A stretch of 64,000 nucleotides of DNA from Bacillota bacterium (GTDB taxonomy: Bacteria > Bacillota > Dethiobacteria > DTU022): positions 131,568 to 195,567 of the forward strand of contig JAWODD010000028.1 of the NCBI GenBank assembly GCA_046483445.1, given 5' to 3'. A program made the position numbers and the translations under genes. Below the pieces are notes generated by a model. It did no database searches and had not been told where the DNA came from. It was given only the letters and a program-made list of their open reading frames with translations. Shown here in pieces: positions 1 to 10,017 of this stretch (positions are counted from its first letter, which is position 1; every line of letters begins with the position of its first letter).

Positions 1-320
1 TTACAGCGACCACCGTAAGAGTGCCGGTGGTTAACGGTCATTCCATTGCCCTGAATGTGGAGCTAACTGGCAACTTAACAGCTGAAGAGGCTCGAACGCT
101 TTTTAGAAAAGCTCCGGGGATAACAGTAGTTGATAATCCCGAAATCCTTGAATATCCGATGCCTCTTGATGCTGATGGAAACGATCCTGTCTATGTGGGT
201 CGCATCCGACCAGATCATTCAGTTAAACATGGACTTAACCTTTGGGTTGTGGCAGACAATATTCGCAAGGGAGCGGCTACCAATTCAATTCAGATCGCCG
301 AACTATTGCTTTCCAGTTAA
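1..320 (+). CDS. asd: Aspartate-semialdehyde dehydrogenase, C-terminal part (5' end outside the window)
   Basis: The reading frame is open from the window edge. The C-terminus TATTVRVPVVNGHS...NIRKGAATNSIQIAELL is typical of Asd. Confidence 0.8.
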   Translation, partial: TATTVRVPVVNGHSIALNVELTGNLTAEEARTLFRKAPGITVVDNPEILEYPMPLDADGNDPVYVGRIRPDHSVKHGLNLWVVADNIRKGAATNSIQIAELLLSS

Positions 321-387
321 AAGGGGGCAACATAAATCTATTACACTTAAAACTGCTTAAGGTAAAAAGGAAGGATGGTGCAGGACT

Positions 388-1401
388 ATGATTGTCGTAA
401 TGAATCACGGAACCGGTGAAGACGAGGTAAACAGGGTTACAGAAAAATTGAAGGAAATGGGGTACGGTGTCCACCTGTCCAGCGGTGAAAACCGCACAAT
501 TATTGGAGTGATTGGAGAAAGGCGCGAAGAAGCGGCGCAAACTCTGGAAGCAATGCCCCAGGTAGAACAGGTAGTTTTTGTAACTCGTCCGTTTAAATTA
601 GCCGGTCGTGAGTTTCACCCCGATGACACGGTCATTGATTTGGGCAAGACCGGTATCGGGGGCCATGAGCTGGTGTTTATGGCCGGCCCCTGCGCGATAG
701 AGGGTGAAGAACAGTTAATGGAAGCAGCCCGGGCGGTTAAAGATGCCGGGGCCAGGGTTTTTCGAGGGGGCGCTTTTAAGCCGCGCACCTCGCCCTACAG
801 TTTTCAGGGGCTGGAACATGAGGGTTTGCAGTATTTAACCAAGGTCCGTGAAGAAACCGGTCTTTTAATAGTAACCGAAGTGATGGACCAATTTACCGTT
901 GATGAAGTTGCCGAATGTGCCGATATAATCCAGGTGGGAACCCGTAATATGCAAAACTATTACCTGCTCCGTGAGCTTGGCAAAATCCGCAAACCGGTTT
1001 TATTGAAAAGAGGCCTTTCCGCTACTATTGAAGAATGGTTGATGGCTGCTGAGTACATCTTAAACGGAGGTAATTACCAGGTTATTCTCTGTGAGAGAGG
1101 AATTCGCACTTTTGAACCTTATACCCGTAACACCCTTGATTTAACTGCAGTTCCGCTGGTAAAGCAGTTAAGCCACCTGCCCGTTATTGTCGATCCCAGC
1201 CACGGAACCGGCCACTCAAACCTGGTACCGGCGATGAGCAAAGCGGCTGTTTCTGCCGGAGCAGACGGGTTAATGATCGAAGTTCATCCCAATCCCCAGG
1301 AAGCTTTATCTGACGGACCGCAATCTTTAACCCCCCAGCAGTTTACCCGGTTGATCAACGAATTAAAGGGAGTGGCCCTCAGTGTCGGAAGGCTTATGTA
1401 A
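388..1401 (+). CDS. aroF: 3-deoxy-7-phosphoheptulonate (DAHP) synthase, KDO8P-synthase-like type I-beta, with an N-terminal ferredoxin-like/ACT regulatory domain
   Basis: 337 aa. The TIM-barrel core carries ...GPCAIEGEEQ..., KPRTSPYSFQG and VDPSHGTG motifs. The extra ~80-aa N-terminal domain matches the Thermotoga-type regulated DAHP synthases. Confidence 0.8.
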   Translation: MIVVMNHGTGEDEVNRVTEKLKEMGYGVHLSSGENRTIIGVIGERREEAAQTLEAMPQVEQVVFVTRPFKLAGREFHPDDTVIDLGKTGIGGHELVFMAGPCAIEGEEQLMEAARAVKDAGARVFRGGAFKPRTSPYSFQGLEHEGLQYLTKVREETGLLIVTEVMDQFTVDEVAECADIIQVGTRNMQNYYLLRELGKIRKPVLLKRGLSATIEEWLMAAEYILNGGNYQVILCERGIRTFEPYTRNTLDLTAVPLVKQLSHLPVIVDPSHGTGHSNLVPAMSKAAVSAGADGLMIEVHPNPQEALSDGPQSLTPQQFTRLINELKGVALSVGRLM

Positions 1402-2509
1402 TAACGGCTATTTTTTCCCAAAAGTTGCGCTTTTAGGAACAGGTTTAATCGGGGGCAGTATTGGCATTGCCCTCCGGGAAAGGCGCCTGGTTGAAAATAT
1501 AATTGGTTACGACAGTAACCAGGAAGCGTGCCTGGAAGCTTTGAAAAAAGGCGCCTTAGACAAAACGACGTATTCTGCAGTTGAAGCAGTCAGGGATGCG
1601 GACCTGGTGATCCTGGCGGTTCCAGTATTGAGCACTTTGGAATTGCTAAAAGAAATCCTGCCGGCAATTAAGAAAGACGCTGTGGTTACCGATGTTGGCA
1701 GCAGTAAGGGTTGGATTATGGAGGCGGTTGAAAAATTGATGCCTGGTTCAGCTTTTTTTATCGGGGGACACCCGATGGCCGGCTCCGAAGAAAACGGAAT
1801 CAACGGCGCGGATCCCGCGCTTTTAGAAAATGCTATCTATGTGCTTACACCCTGTGCGGATGCGCCTGAAATACTGGTGAGCAAACTATTAAAAATGTTC
1901 GAAGAAACGGGAGCCCAACCACTGGTGCTTGATCCCGCCACGCATGACCGGGTGGTTGCCTATGTAAGTCACCTCCCTCATATGACTGCTGCTGCCCTGG
2001 TTCAAAGTGTAGCCGGTTCTGATGACATGGAACTGGTGCGCACCCTGGCCGCAGGCGGTTTTCGAGACAGCACCAGGATTGCCCTGGGCAATCCTGAATT
2101 GTGGCGGGATATTTGTATTAGCAACCGTCAGGCTTTAAGTGAGGCCCTTAAAGTTTTCAGGCAAAGGATCGATTCTTTGCAAAAATATCTTGAGGAAAGT
2201 AATGACGAAGCAGTGGAAGAATATTTACAGCAAGCCCGCGATTATCGAAAAAATATACCTCACCGCGGTAAAGGTATACTGCCTGAGTTATATGAAATTG
2301 TAGTACTGGTCCGCGATACACCGGGAGTTATCGGGCATCTTGCCGGCTTGCTTGGCGATGCAGGCATCAACATCGATGCTATCGAGATTTTGCATGTTCG
2401 CGAACTGGCCGGCGGTAGTATCCGGCTCGGTTTTAGGAAAGAAGATCAGCAAAAACAGGCTCTTGATCTTTTAAATCAAAAGGGCTTTCTTTGTCACAGC
2501 AAAGAATAA
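1382..2509 (+). CDS. tyrA: Prephenate dehydrogenase with a C-terminal ACT domain
   Basis: There is a Rossmann motif LLGTGLIGGSIG, a PDH core and a C-terminal ACT domain. The GTG start at 1382 overlaps the end of aroF by 20 nt. Confidence 0.8.
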   Translation: MSEGLCNNGYFFPKVALLGTGLIGGSIGIALRERRLVENIIGYDSNQEACLEALKKGALDKTTYSAVEAVRDADLVILAVPVLSTLELLKEILPAIKKDAVVTDVGSSKGWIMEAVEKLMPGSAFFIGGHPMAGSEENGINGADPALLENAIYVLTPCADAPEILVSKLLKMFEETGAQPLVLDPATHDRVVAYVSHLPHMTAAALVQSVAGSDDMELVRTLAAGGFRDSTRIALGNPELWRDICISNRQALSEALKVFRQRIDSLQKYLEESNDEAVEEYLQQARDYRKNIPHRGKGILPELYEIVVLVRDTPGVIGHLAGLLGDAGINIDAIEILHVRELAGGSIRLGFRKEDQQKQALDLLNQKGFLCHSKE

Positions 2510-2519
2510 ACTAACAAGA

Positions 2520-2954
2520 TTAAGCTGTTGTATGTTTGCGGTATAACTCTTCCTGTTTACGGGCCAATTCGCTCAAGGTCCTGCTCTGCAACTCCTTTTT
2601 GATTGCTTCTCTTACGCGATCCCATACCGAATGGGTTACGCACAGCTCGGCTCTTTCGCAGGTGTCATTATTGTCCACACAGAAAACCGGGGCGATAGAG
2701 CCCTCGACGCTTTCTACAATGTCAAATAAAGTGATATTGTCCGGGTTTGCGGCCAAGTGGTACCCGCCGCGGCTCCCCTTCTGGGTGCGGACAAAGCCTC
2801 GCGCTCGCAGGGGAGCCATTATCTGTTCAAGGTATTTTACCGAAATGTCCTGCCTGCAGGCAATATCGTTTAATTGGACCGGTTCTGTGCTGTAATTAAC
2901 GGCAAGTTCAATCATAGCCCGTGCGGCATAACGAACTTTAGTTGATAATTGCAG
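2520..2954 (-). CDS. Rrf2-family (IscR/NsrR-like) transcriptional regulator; probable CTG start
   Basis: The ATG-based ORF (2520..2915) begins inside the HTH. The in-frame upstream codons read L-Q-L-S-T-K-V-R-Y-A-A-R-A-M, which is the canonical Rrf2 N-terminus (MxLSTKxRYA). The only candidate start is CTG at 2954, 9 nt after an AAGGGAGG SD. Confidence 0.7.
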   Translation of the reverse strand: MQLSTKVRYAARAMIELAVNYSTEPVQLNDIACRQDISVKYLEQIMAPLRARGFVRTQKGSRGGYHLAANPDNITLFDIVESVEGSIAPVFCVDNNDTCERAELCVTHSVWDRVREAIKKELQSRTLSELARKQEELYRKHTTA

Positions 2955-2986
2955 TGTGGTCAGCCTCCCTTAAAAGAGTAATAAAA

Positions 2987-3013
2987 GTATATCTATTTTA
3001 TTAATAGGTATAC
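2987..3013. promoter_or_regulatory. Imperfect 27-bp palindrome GTATATCTATT-ttatt-AATAGGTATAC between the -10 and the SD of the Rrf2 gene; candidate autoregulatory operator
   Basis: The two 9-nt arms match at 8 of 9 positions. Its position overlaps the expected transcription start. Rrf2 regulators typically bind palindromes in their own promoters. Confidence 0.3.
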
Positions 3014-3019
3014 ACTAAA

Positions 3020-3048
3020 ATTTTAACCTTAATATTTATGTCTGTCAA
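3020..3048 (-). promoter_or_regulatory. Sigma-A-type promoter for the Rrf2 gene (TTGACA-N17-TAAAAT on the minus strand)
   Basis: The reverse complement reads TTGACAgacataaatattaaggtTAAAAT. Confidence 0.45.
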
Positions 3049-3163
3049 AAATAGTTTTTAATTTAAATATAATTTAATTTAAAGCCAAACACAGAAGAAA
3101 AATAACCAAAGCCATATTGGATTTTATAGAAAAAGTTTGCCCTTAAAAATTGGGGCACCCGGA

Positions 3164-3200
3164 TTTTAAAACCGGATGCCCTAATTTTTAAAAAGTGCTC
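3164..3200. terminator. Bidirectional intrinsic terminator downstream of the dodecin gene
   Basis: GGGCACCCGG-attttaaaa-CCGGATGCCC matches at 9 of 10 positions and is flanked by T-runs on both strands. Confidence 0.5.
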
Positions 3201-3265
3201 CAAGTTTGTTTTTTTTGCTAGATGCTGAAGTTAGCCTATGATCAATTTTACACAAAAAGAACTCC

Positions 3266-3472
3266 CTATTCTCCCTGATATTTAAAAGATACGTCCATTT
3301 TTACCCGATATACGATTTCACCGTCAACAATCTTCAGATCCATTTCCTTTACTTCTGCCACCCTTAAATCGCGAAGAGATTTTGAGGCGGTATCCACTAC
3401 AACCCGGGCCGCATCTTCCCATGAGTTATCGCTGGTTCCAACCAGTTCAATAACTTTATATACGCTTTCCAC
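3266..3472 (-). CDS. Dodecin-family flavin-binding protein
   Basis: 68 aa. YKVIELVGTSDNSWEDAA...SLRDLRVAEV is characteristic of dodecins. Confidence 0.7.
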   Translation of the reverse strand: MESVYKVIELVGTSDNSWEDAARVVVDTASKSLRDLRVAEVKEMDLKIVDGEIVYRVKMDVSFKYQGE

Positions 3473-3653
3473 AGTGCTCCTCCTCTCTCAAAATAGTGTT
3501 TATAAATTTATTATAAAGATTGTTTTGTGATGTGTCAATATTTAGCAAAATCACAAGGTAAATTACCCGCGTAAAATTAGCAATTCCCCGGGTAAAGCTT
3601 AGTGCTGATAAGGGCTTTGTTTAGTGTATTATGCTTATAAACTGGTGATATCT

Positions 3654-4520
3654 TTATAGATTGACCAGGCTTTCAAATGAAGGTTGGATCATTAAGCCGA
3701 CAGCTCCCGGTCCTATATGAGTGCCAATTGCCGGGCCGACCAGGCCCATATGTAAATCGGCAATTTCATATTCTGCCTGTAGATTCTCCAAAAGAGTTTG
3801 GGCATTTTCCTCCGCCACGGTATGGACGACAGATAAATTGACAGGTTGTTCGGGGGGGAGATTATCTAAAGCTGCTTTGAGTAAAGTTGGTATGACCTTG
3901 GAACGGCCACGAACCTTATCGTAGGGTGCTACCATTCCTTCCGAATCAGCGTATAGAATGGGCTTGATTTGTAAAAGTGAGCCTGCCAGGGATGCCGCTT
4001 TGCCGATGCGTCCGTTGCGTTGTAAATATTCCAGGGTATCTACAGCAAAAACGCTAAATGTTTTTTCAACGGAACGCTGGGTTAAGTTAAGAATCTCTTC
4101 CGGGCTCATGCCTCTTTTTGCTGCTTCAGCGGCAATTAATACAATCCTGCCTACACCCTGTGAGGCATTTTTGCTGTCTACCGGGATGACCCTGGGTTTA
4201 ACCATTCCGGAGGCTACTTCGACTGAATTTAAGGTACCGCTTAACTTGCCTGAGATATGAATACTAATTATGGTATCATCCGGTGATGCTTCTTCTTCAT
4301 AAGCCTGCCGGAACATCTCCGGAGAAGGTTGAGTAGTTTTTGGCATTTCTTGTTCAGAGGTTAATTTTTTATAGAATTCCTCGGCAGGTAAATTTACTCC
4401 GTCGGCATATGAGTCGTTACCGAAAGTGACAGTCAAGGGTATAACCTTAATATTATACTTGTCAATTTGTTTTTTTGAAAGATCGGCAGTGCTGTCGGTA
4501 ACTATTTTTATCTGAGACAT
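3654..4520 (-). CDS. DegV-family fatty-acid-binding protein (FakB-like)
   Basis: The N-terminus IKIVTDSTADL and the C-terminal DegV fold are present. The start was moved to the ATG at 4520, which lies behind a perfect AAGGAG SD; the longer ORF upstream has no SD. Confidence 0.8.
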   Translation of the reverse strand: MSQIKIVTDSTADLSKKQIDKYNIKVIPLTVTFGNDSYADGVNLPAEEFYKKLTSEQEMPKTTQPSPEMFRQAYEEEASPDDTIISIHISGKLSGTLNSVEVASGMVKPRVIPVDSKNASQGVGRIVLIAAEAAKRGMSPEEILNLTQRSVEKTFSVFAVDTLEYLQRNGRIGKAASLAGSLLQIKPILYADSEGMVAPYDKVRGRSKVIPTLLKAALDNLPPEQPVNLSVVHTVAEENAQTLLENLQAEYEIADLHMGLVGPAIGTHIGPGAVGLMIQPSFESLVNL

Positions 4521-4748
4521 ATTTACGTTGCTCCTTTCTTTATTAAAAGTTATCAAAGTCTGTTGTGCTTTGCTCATAATATATCACATTGCTATATATT
4601 GTGCACATATTAAATGCAAGAAGCTCTAACAGGCAGTTTGTGATTAGTTTAGGTCGTTGCAACTATGACCTTGAGTTGAAACACCAGTTCGGGTTGTTTT
4701 ATGATTGAATAATTTATGATAGAATTAAATAAAGTGATTTGAGAGGGG

Positions 4749-5192
4749 ATGTTATTTGTGATTAGAATGGAGGTTAAAACGGTAACAGCAGACCAGGGGG
4801 GCAATTTCCTGGTATTGTTAATGGATAATGATGAAAAAAAGGTGCTGCCAATTTCGATTGGTCCTCTTGAAGCACAGGCTATTGCCCTGGTATTACAGGG
4901 TGAAACACCTCCCCGTCCGTTAACTCATGACCTCCTCAAGTCGGTATGTGAGAATTTAGGCGGTACAATGGAAAAGATAGTAGTTACTGATATTATGGAA
5001 AGCACATTTTATGCGGAAATTTACCTGCAGCAAAGTAACGAAACAATAGTTGTCGATTCAAGACCAAGTGATGCAATAGCCCTGGCGCTGCGCTTCGAAG
5101 CTCCGATCTATATGGCTACGAAGCTGGTAGAATTTACTTACGATTACCAGGATATTATTGCCCATGAAGGTGGGGACGAAGAGCTGCACTGA
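4749..5192 (+). CDS. Bifunctional nuclease family protein (DUF151 / BFN domain)
   Basis: 147 aa. ...VLPISIGPLEAQAIAL...THDLL...FYAEIYL... matches DUF151. The start could be 4749, 4758 or 4767. Confidence 0.65.
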   Translation: MLFVIRMEVKTVTADQGGNFLVLLMDNDEKKVLPISIGPLEAQAIALVLQGETPPRPLTHDLLKSVCENLGGTMEKIVVTDIMESTFYAEIYLQQSNETIVVDSRPSDAIALALRFEAPIYMATKLVEFTYDYQDIIAHEGGDEELH

Positions 5193-5413
5193 CAACTACT
5201 ATTTAAAAATGAGAGCTAAAAAATATCTTTCGGGACCGGAGGCGGCGGAAATTTGCCCGCTTCCAGTCCCTTAACCTTTGTACATGGTGATTATATTGTT
5301 TTTTAAGATTACAGCGGTATTCTTTTTAAAACAGTTTTCCCTGGCGGGAGGTTTTAGCTTTTTAAAGTTACTGGAAAACCATTAAATTTATTTGATTTAG
5401 AGGACAATAACTT

Positions 5414-6811
5414 ATGAAACAAATGGTTTCGCTAAAAAAGGAAAAAATATACCAGGATTTGTGGCGCCTCTCCTGGCCGGTGATGATGTTCATGGTTTTC
5501 CAGACGTCCCTTGAACTGGTAGATTTCTTTTGGGTGGGAATGATGGGCACAGAGGCCCTTGCCGCCCTTTCCTTATCGCACAACATCTTTTGGATGCTAT
5601 TTACTTTATCGCAGTTAATTACAGTTTCCACGCTTTCTTTAAGTTCTCGCTACAGAGGAGGCGGAGATTACGAAGGAGTTAAACTTGTAGCCCGCCATAC
5701 CTTTTGGTTGGCAGTGATTCTATCTGTCCTTGTAGTTACTTTTATCTTTTCCCTTGGAGATTACATACTTTCACTTTACCAGGTTGAACCGGAAGTACAC
5801 CGTCAGGCCCTGATTTATTTGCGGGTAGCCGGAACCAGTTTTCTTTTCTTATACGGTGGTATTGGCCTGGCCTTTTGTCTGCAGGGAGTAGGTGATTCCT
5901 ACACATCTATGGGGATTCTAATCTTTACCAACATTATCAACATTGTTCTGGATCCCTTTTTAATTTTTGGTTTGGCTGGATTACCGGAGCTTGGCATCCT
6001 GGGGGCGGCACTGGCTTCACTAATTGCCAGGGCTGCTGGTTTTGCCCTGATTCTTTATGTTGTGTTAAGCGGAAAGATTTCACCCAGTCGCTTAAAAGTG
6101 CCGAATCTTTTCAGTCTGCGGCTTTCTGCCGATATGTTTAAACGAATGCTGCGCATTGGTTTTCCGGCCAGTTTGCAAGGTATGACCAGGCCGTTAACCG
6201 GGGCAATTATGATGTGGGTTGTGGCCTTGTTTGGCACCGAAGCTGTAGCTGCTTTCGGGATCGGCCTTCGTCTGCTCAGTTTTTGTTTTATCCTGATTGC
6301 CGGATTGAACATGGGAACCGCTACTATGGTGGGACAAAGCCTGGGGGCGAGATTGAGGGATCTTACTGAAGAAGTCATTGCCAGGGCTATGCGGTTGGCG
6401 CTGACTATTCAGGCCATCATGGGTGTAATTGCGTTTTTTGCTGCACCTACTATTATGAGTGCTTTTGCCGATAATCCTCAAGTAATTGAAATGGGCATCG
6501 CCTATATTCGTTTACTGGTCCCGGCGTTGATTGCAATGGGACCGTTACATGTTATAGCTGCTACTTTTAAAGGCGCCGGTAACACTGTCCCCCATATGAT
6601 TAGTGCTCTGATTGCCAACTGGTTGGTTAAAATACCGCTGGCCATGCTTTTGGCAATAGTTTTTGACCTGGAAACAGACGGTGTATGGTTGGCTATTGGT
6701 TTATCCATATTTGCAGAGCTGGGGATTATTTCGATCTGGTATCGCCGACGAGATTGGATTTACCGCGATTCGGGAATTTACCGGCGGGCTGAAGCTCGTG
6801 TCAGGGCGTAA
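5414..6811 (+). CDS. MATE-family multidrug/Na+ efflux transporter
   Basis: 465 aa with 12 predicted TM helices and a MatE-type N-terminus (LWRLSWPVMM...). Confidence 0.85.
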   Translation: MKQMVSLKKEKIYQDLWRLSWPVMMFMVFQTSLELVDFFWVGMMGTEALAALSLSHNIFWMLFTLSQLITVSTLSLSSRYRGGGDYEGVKLVARHTFWLAVILSVLVVTFIFSLGDYILSLYQVEPEVHRQALIYLRVAGTSFLFLYGGIGLAFCLQGVGDSYTSMGILIFTNIINIVLDPFLIFGLAGLPELGILGAALASLIARAAGFALILYVVLSGKISPSRLKVPNLFSLRLSADMFKRMLRIGFPASLQGMTRPLTGAIMMWVVALFGTEAVAAFGIGLRLLSFCFILIAGLNMGTATMVGQSLGARLRDLTEEVIARAMRLALTIQAIMGVIAFFAAPTIMSAFADNPQVIEMGIAYIRLLVPALIAMGPLHVIAATFKGAGNTVPHMISALIANWLVKIPLAMLLAIVFDLETDGVWLAIGLSIFAELGIISIWYRRRDWIYRDSGIYRRAEARVRA

Positions 6812-6872
6812 ATTCCTGAAGGTTTAAACTATAAAGGAAGCCTTATGGGCAACACATTTATTTCTTGCTTGT

Positions 6873-7100
6873 TTAAAACCAGATCCAAAATAAAAAAAAG
6901 ATTAAAACGATAATTACAATGAAGGTTAATATCAGTTGGGGTATGAGCAAACGGTACATTGCCAGGCAAAAAGCCAGGATGTTTTGCCATGAAAATTGAA
7001 CCTGCTGATATTCTTCTTTACTCAGGTTATTATTCTCTGTTAGCCCGGTTTCATCTTCCGGTGGTTTACTGGTATCGTTACCGTTGCCTTTCAGTTTCAA
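6873..7100 (-). CDS. Small hypothetical membrane protein (single C-terminal TM), possibly translationally coupled to oppF
   Basis: A TTG start directly abuts the oppF stop codon. It has a polar N-terminus and a strongly hydrophobic C-terminal helix. No homology is recognised. Confidence 0.3.
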   Translation of the reverse strand: MKLKGNGNDTSKPPEDETGLTENNNLSKEEYQQVQFSWQNILAFCLAMYRLLIPQLILTFIVIIVLIFFLFWIWF

Positions 7101-8075
7101 TCATCCCTTCTGAACCAGGTGGCAGGATACAAAGTGACCCTCATCAATTTCTCGCAATTCCGGTTCTTCCTGCGTGCAGCGCTCTTCGGCGTAACGGCAG
7201 CGGGGGTTGAAGTTGCAACCCGGGGGTGGATTGGCCGGACTGGGGACATCGCCTTTTAAGATAATCCGCTTGCTTTTAACATCGGGATCCATTACCGGCA
7301 CTGCTGATAGAAGGGCCTGGGTATAAGGATGCAGCGGGTTTTGGTATAGATTGCTTTTATTGCAAATTTCAACAACTTTTCCCAGGTACATTACGGCCAC
7401 ATTATCGGAAATGTGTCGAACCATGCTTAGATCGTGAGATATAAACAAGTAGGTGAGGCCAAATTTTTCCTGCAAATCTTCCATCAGGTTAACAATTTGT
7501 GCCTGGATGGAAACATCAAGTGAAGAGATAGGCTCGTCGGCAACTATAAAATCAGGATTAAGGGTAAGCGCCCGGGCTATGCCCACACGTTGGCGTTGAC
7601 CACCGGAGAATTCGTGGGGATAACGTTTGTGGTGGTGGGGAGCAAGACCGCACACTTCAAGAATGTATTCTACTCTTTCTTGCTTTTCTTTACCGGAAGC
7701 AACCCCGAAAATTTCTAAAGATTCGCCGACAATTTCGCCCACATTCAGGCGAGGGTTCAGTGAGCTAAATGGATCTTGAAAAATAATCTGCAGCTCGCTA
7801 CGCAGCTGGCGCAGTTTATGTTTATCGGTATTAAATATATCCTGGCCCTTGTAATAGACATTACCATCGGTGGGTTCCAGCAATTTCAAAATAGTTCGTC
7901 CCAGGGTGGATTTTCCGCAACCCGATTCTCCTACCAGGCCGAGGGTTTCGCCCTTCTTAATATTAAAAGTGACATCATCTACTGCCTTGATTTGGCCGAC
8001 TACTTTAGAAAAAACACCACCACGAATGGGGAAGTACTTTTTTATATTTTTCAGTTGCACGATTGCTTCGCTCAT
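7101..8075 (-). CDS. oppF: Oligopeptide/dipeptide ABC transporter ATP-binding protein
   Basis: Walker [10 protein letters not shown], an ABC signature and the C-terminal oligopeptide-ABC extension are present. The start overlaps oppD by 4 nt. Confidence 0.85.
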   Translation of the reverse strand: MSEAIVQLKNIKKYFPIRGGVFSKVVGQIKAVDDVTFNIKKGETLGLVGESGCGKSTLGRTILKLLEPTDGNVYYKGQDIFNTDKHKLRQLRSELQIIFQDPFSSLNPRLNVGEIVGESLEIFGVASGKEKQERVEYILEVCGLAPHHHKRYPHEFSGGQRQRVGIARALTLNPDFIVADEPISSLDVSIQAQIVNLMEDLQEKFGLTYLFISHDLSMVRHISDNVAVMYLGKVVEICNKSNLYQNPLHPYTQALLSAVPVMDPDVKSKRIILKGDVPSPANPPPGCNFNPRCRYAEERCTQEEPELREIDEGHFVSCHLVQKG

Positions 8076-9070
8076 GATTTGATCTTACCTCCCTGCTTAC
8101 TGAAAAGCCAGCAACTAACATGATGGCCTTCGGTAATCGCTTGCCTCTTTGGTATTTCTTCTCTGCATATATCCATAACGGAATTACAGCGAGGGTGATA
8201 TGGACATCCTTTGGGCATATTTAATGGATTCGGAACACTTCCCGATATAGGGACAAGTTTATCTATTTCCGTGTATAGTTGCGGTTTGGAATTAATCAAA
8301 CCCACTGTGTAAGGGTGTTTCGGTTTCTTAACTAAAGTTCTAATATCTGTATCTTCAACGATCATGCCGCAGTACATTACAATTACTCGATCCACCATCT
8401 CAGAGATGACCCCGAGGTCATGACTGATAAAAACAATGGATGTATTCAGTCTGTTTTTTAAATCCTGCATTAAATCTAAAATTTGCGCCTGGATCGTGAC
8501 ATCAAGGGCTGTGGTGGGTTCATCGGCAAAAAGAATCTTTGGTTCACAGGATAGCGCCATGGCGATCATAGCCCTTTGTCTCATCCCCCCGCTTAGGGAG
8601 TGAGGATACTCGTGAAATACTTTCTCCGACCGGGGGATCCCAACTATCTTCAGCATTTCTATACTTTTATCTTGAGATTGTTGTTTATTCAATCCCTGGT
8701 GAAGACGGATTGCTTCCTGCAGCTGAAAGCCGATAGTGTAAACCGGGTTAAGAGATGTCATTGGTTCCTGAAAAATAAAGGCCATCTCGTTACCGCGGAT
8801 GCTTCTCATTTTTTTCTCACTGAGTGATTGGAGTTCGACACCATCTAAAAGCATAGTTTCAGCTTTTACTTGGCCGGGGTGCCCGATTAGCCGCATAATA
8901 CTTAAACAGGCAACACTTTTCCCGCAACCTGATTCGCCGACAATACCAAGAGATTCACCGCGCTTAAGGCTAAACGAAATGCCGTTTACAGCCGGAACCA
9001 CCCCGTCTTCGGTGTGAAATTTGGTATATAAGTTTTTAATTTGGAGCAGATCGGACAAAACCTGTATCAC
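8072..9070 (-). CDS. oppD: Oligopeptide/dipeptide ABC transporter ATP-binding protein
   Basis: Walker [17 protein letters not shown] and the Opp-type C-terminal domain are present. Confidence 0.85.
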   Translation of the reverse strand: MIQVLSDLLQIKNLYTKFHTEDGVVPAVNGISFSLKRGESLGIVGESGCGKSVACLSIMRLIGHPGQVKAETMLLDGVELQSLSEKKMRSIRGNEMAFIFQEPMTSLNPVYTIGFQLQEAIRLHQGLNKQQSQDKSIEMLKIVGIPRSEKVFHEYPHSLSGGMRQRAMIAMALSCEPKILFADEPTTALDVTIQAQILDLMQDLKNRLNTSIVFISHDLGVISEMVDRVIVMYCGMIVEDTDIRTLVKKPKHPYTVGLINSKPQLYTEIDKLVPISGSVPNPLNMPKGCPYHPRCNSVMDICREEIPKRQAITEGHHVSCWLFSKQGGKIKS

Positions 9071-9079
9071 CTCGTATTT

Positions 9080-10003
9080 CTAATTTTTTAGGCGTGGGTC
9101 TAACGCGTCACGCAGGCCGTCACCGACTAAATTAATGCTTAAAACCGAGATAAAAATTAAGAATCCCGGGGGAAGCCATAACCACCACATATTCATTAAA
9201 ACTGTCATATTCCTGGCCGGTTCAAGGATGTTGCCCCAGCTTGGGATTGGTGGTTGAACACCAAGGCCGAGGTAACTTAGAGCGGCTTCAATAAGGATAG
9301 CGGTAGCCATTATTAAAGTGGCGCTGATTAAGATTGGCGCCAGGGCGTTGGGTAACATATGGCGCCAGATCAACCTGAATTCACTGGCTCCATTAGCTTT
9401 TGCCGCCTCAATGTATTCCATTTGCTTGATAGAAAGAAATTGGCCTCTAACCAGGCGGCAGGTTTCGGTCCAGGTTAAAAGTCCAATGATCAACATGGTG
9501 TTGTAGATACTGGGCCCCAGTATTGCCGCTGCGGTAATAGCAAGGGCTAAGAATGGAAAAGATATGACCATGTCGGTAATGCGCATGATCACAGTATCCA
9601 TCCATTTTCCGTAATAACCGGCCAGAGAACCCATCAGGACTCCAATGACCATTTGCAAAGAACTGGCAACCAGTCCTACTGTTAAAGATATCCTTCCTCC
9701 GTAAAGATTCCGGGTAAACAAATCCCTGCCCTGGCGGTCAGACCCAAAGATATGCTCTGAAGTAGGTGGTTCTTCCTGGTTAAGCAAGTCTATAGCATCA
9801 CGTTCATAAGGGGTAAGAAGCGGGGCCAGTATCGCTAAAATTATTAAAACAAGCAAAATAAAACTTCCGACCATGGCCACCTTGTTGCGGCGAAAACGTT
9901 TCCATATTATTTTGCCGGGAGTTAAGACGGCTTCATCGTTGTTTGTATCGTTAGAACCCATTTTAAAAGGGTTGCGAAATAATCTTGCAAAAAAACGGTT
10001 CAT
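9080..10003 (-). CDS. oppC: Oligopeptide ABC transporter permease
   Basis: It is a BPD-transporter inner-membrane component with an N-terminal OppC extension. Confidence 0.85.
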   Translation of the reverse strand: MNRFFARLFRNPFKMGSNDTNNDEAVLTPGKIIWKRFRRNKVAMVGSFILLVLIILAILAPLLTPYERDAIDLLNQEEPPTSEHIFGSDRQGRDLFTRNLYGGRISLTVGLVASSLQMVIGVLMGSLAGYYGKWMDTVIMRITDMVISFPFLALAITAAAILGPSIYNTMLIIGLLTWTETCRLVRGQFLSIKQMEYIEAAKANGASEFRLIWRHMLPNALAPILISATLIMATAILIEAALSYLGLGVQPPIPSWGNILEPARNMTVLMNMWWLWLPPGFLIFISVLSINLVGDGLRDALDPRLKN

Positions 10004-10017
10004 AATTAACCCCCTTG

